From positions 81,592,001 through 81,656,000 of the forward strand of contig CM060731.1 of assembly GCA_030704615.1 (NCBI GenBank): a stretch of DNA of 64,000 nt, written 5' to 3'. The DNA is from Takakia lepidozioides (lineage: Eukaryota; Plantae; Bryophyta). Within the stretch, counting starts at the first letter, position 1. Every line of letters starts with the position of its first letter. Below, piece by piece: positions 61,761-64,000 of this stretch. The notes below the pieces were generated by a model. The model was not told the DNA's origin. It worked only from the letters and a program-made list of their open reading frames with translations, and made no database searches. The position numbers and the translations under genes were made by a program.

Positions 61761-64000
61761 ATGCAGGATGCAAGGTTGAATCAGGCACCAATGTTTGTTG
61801 GACATCAGATTGGCCGAAGGATTAACACCTCCACCATCACCACTGTTTTTGAAAGAGGATCACAAGAGGGAGTCAACAGAAACTCTCATGGTACTTGCGG
61901 GTATCTCAGGACGCTATCAAAGGCAGGACGTCTGAAAGAGGCACTGCACATATTGAATCAACAAGGTAGTCCAGCAGACTCCAATACTTATCTGTGTCTG
62001 TTGCAGGAGTGCATGAACTTGAAAGACCTATCAGAGGGAAAGCAGGTGCACGACCACATGAACCGATGCGGGTTTAAGCCAAACATATTTCTACTCAACA
62101 CCCTTGTCAACATGTATACCAAGTGCAGGAGTGTGGTGGATGCACGCCAAGTGTTTGATAAAATGCCTGAACGAGATATGTTTACATGGACTATAATGAT
62201 GGCAGGATATGCCAAGCATGGGCATGCTGAGGAGGCTTTAAAAATCTACGAGCAAATGCAATGGGAAGGAGTGGTACCTGACAGGGTCACGTTCACTTGT
62301 GTTCTAAATGCATGTGCCAGCTTAGGAGCCCTGGAAAAGGGCAAGCGGGTCCATGCTGACATCTACAAAAGTGGAATTATGTTGGATATCATCCTGCAGA
62401 ACACCCTTGTTGATATGTATGCAAAATGTGGGAGTGTGAAAGATGCATGCCAAGTTTTTGAAAACATGGCCCAAAAAGATGTGGTTTCTTGGAACATCAT
62501 GATTGCAGGATATGGCCAGCATGGGTGTAGTGAGGATGCTTTTAAGATCTATGAGAGGATGCAACAGAAAGGGGTAATGCCTGACAGGGTGACGTTCACT
62601 TGTGTTCTCAATGCGTGTGCCAACCTAGGCTCTCTGGAAAAGGGCAGGCAGGTTCATGCTAACCTAGTCAAAGCAAACATTGCATCATATATTAATTTGG
62701 AGAATTCTCTTGTAGACATGTATTCCAAATGCGGGAGCATGATTGGTGCACGTCAAGTGTTTGATAATATGGCAAAACGAGATGTTGTCTCATGGAGCAC
62801 AATGATTGCTGGATATGCTCAGCATGGGTTTGGTAAGGAGGCTTTACAGATTTATGACCAAATGCTAAAGGAGGGGGTGACGCCTGACAGGGTCACGTTC
62901 ACTTGCGTCCTTAATGCATGTGCCAGCCTAGGAGCCCTGGAAAAGGGCAAGCAAGTCCATGCTGACATCAACAAAAGCAGAATTGCACCAGATATTATTT
63001 TGGAGAATACCCTTGTGGACATGTATGCCAAATGCGGGGGCATGAAGGATGCCCTCCAAGTGTTTGACAGTATGGCTCAACAAGATGTGGTCTCATGGAG
63101 TGCCATGATTGCAGGATATGCACAGCATGGTTGTGGTAGTTTGGCTTTCAATATGTATGAAGAAATGCAAGAGAAAGGAGTGACACCCAACAGGGTCACT
63201 TTTATGGGCGTTCTAAATGCATGTGCCAGTCTAGGAGCCCTAGAAAAGGGCAGAGAAGTGCATGCTGCCATCATCAAAGCTGGGATCACATCATATATTA
63301 ATTTGGAGAACACCCTTGTTGACATGTATGCTAAGTGTGGGAGCATGAAAGATGCGCATGAAGTGTTCGATAATATGGCAAAGCGAGATGTGGTCTCGTG
63401 GAGCGCAATGATTGCAGGATATGCTCATCATGGGTGTGGTAGGGAAGCTTTCAAGGTCTACGAGCAAATGCACCAGGCAGGGGTGATGGCCAACGGAATA
63501 ACATTCATTTCCATTCTAAATGCATGTGCCAACTTAGGAGCCCTGGAAAAGGGCAAAGAGGTCCATGCTGACCTTATTAAAGCTGGAATATTATCATATA
63601 TTAATTTGGAGAATGCCCTTGTCGCAATGTATGTCAAATGTGGGAGCATGAAGGATGCACGGCAAGTGTTCAACAATATGGCAGAACGAAATGTAATCTC
63701 ATGGAGCGCAATGATCACAGGATGTTCCCAGCATGGGTGGGGTTGGGAGGCCTTGCAAGTGTTTGAACAAATGCAACAGGAGGGACTGAAGCCAAACAGT
63801 ATCACCTTTACATCTCTACTCTCGGCTTGTAGTCATGTGGGCCTGGTGGATGAAGGCCGTCATTACTTTGAGTCAATGAGTCGAGATCATGGGCTCCCTC
63901 CTACATTAGAACATTTTGGCTGCATGGTAGACCTCCTTGGCCGTGCAGGGCGATTGGAAGAGGCAGAGGATTTCATCAACAAAATGCCAATGAAACCAGA
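61761..64000 (+). CDS. PLS-class pentatricopeptide repeat protein (probable organellar RNA-editing factor); 3' end outside window
   Basis: Uninterrupted frame, missed by the ORF track because there is no stop: repeated P-L-S triplets (NTLVDMYAKCGS…DVVSWSAMIAGYAQHG…PDRVTFTCVLNACASLGALEKG) ending TFTSLLSACSHVGLVDEG…HFGCMVDLLGRAGRLEEAEDFINKMPMKP. Confidence 0.95.
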   Translation, partial: MQDARLNQAPMFVGHQIGRRINTSTITTVFERGSQEGVNRNSHGTCGYLRTLSKAGRLKEALHILNQQGSPADSNTYLCLLQECMNLKDLSEGKQVHDHMNRCGFKPNIFLLNTLVNMYTKCRSVVDARQVFDKMPERDMFTWTIMMAGYAKHGHAEEALKIYEQMQWEGVVPDRVTFTCVLNACASLGALEKGKRVHADIYKSGIMLDIILQNTLVDMYAKCGSVKDACQVFENMAQKDVVSWNIMIAGYGQHGCSEDAFKIYERMQQKGVMPDRVTFTCVLNACANLGSLEKGRQVHANLVKANIASYINLENSLVDMYSKCGSMIGARQVFDNMAKRDVVSWSTMIAGYAQHGFGKEALQIYDQMLKEGVTPDRVTFTCVLNACASLGALEKGKQVHADINKSRIAPDIILENTLVDMYAKCGGMKDALQVFDSMAQQDVVSWSAMIAGYAQHGCGSLAFNMYEEMQEKGVTPNRVTFMGVLNACASLGALEKGREVHAAIIKAGITSYINLENTLVDMYAKCGSMKDAHEVFDNMAKRDVVSWSAMIAGYAHHGCGREAFKVYEQMHQAGVMANGITFISILNACANLGALEKGKEVHADLIKAGILSYINLENALVAMYVKCGSMKDARQVFNNMAERNVISWSAMITGCSQHGWGWEALQVFEQMQQEGLKPNSITFTSLLSACSHVGLVDEGRHYFESMSRDHGLPPTLEHFGCMVDLLGRAGRLEEAEDFINKMPMKP

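Noticed and set aside
61988-63805. Series of repetitive minus-strand ORFs in the track
   Set aside because: Antisense shadows of the PPR repeats on +.

Overview
Intron-rich, repeat-dense nuclear DNA from a flagellate-sperm (non-angiosperm) land plant, most likely a bryophyte. The lineage is inferred from an intact IFT46, many PLS-PPR sequences and moss-like transposon remnants. Apparently intact genes: IFT46 (-, ~16.9-21.5 kb), a secreted GNA/bulb-type mannose-binding lectin (+, 36.3-36.8 kb), an AAE17/18-type acyl-activating enzyme (-, 52.6-59.9 kb) and, head-to-head with it, a PLS-class PPR gene running off the window end. The most interesting signal is that this PPR gene can be spliced, through canonical in-phase GT-AG introns, to upstream exons encoding an OSB-type 'PDF' ssDNA-binding motif (W..LF.DPSQWWD...K|TN..PDYRHK...NPPWV). 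Decayed paralogues scattered across the window (3.2, 4.8-5.4, 26-29.4 and 48.3-49.0 kb) carry the same PDF motifs, and one of them (27.6-26.9 kb) runs directly into PPR repeats. This points to an amplified PDF-PPR fusion family being shuffled by DNA transposons. The rest of the window is a mosaic: a scrambled DNA primase small-subunit pseudogene in three places, a reconstructable ~3.3-kb inversion, a Crinkler-like REase+kinase pseudogene, a CACTA-linked kinase, an orphan chromodomain frame, Ty3/gypsy, LINE, MULE-like and CACTA remnants, and palindromic repeat arrays. All calls were made by eye without database searches, and many boundaries are approximate.
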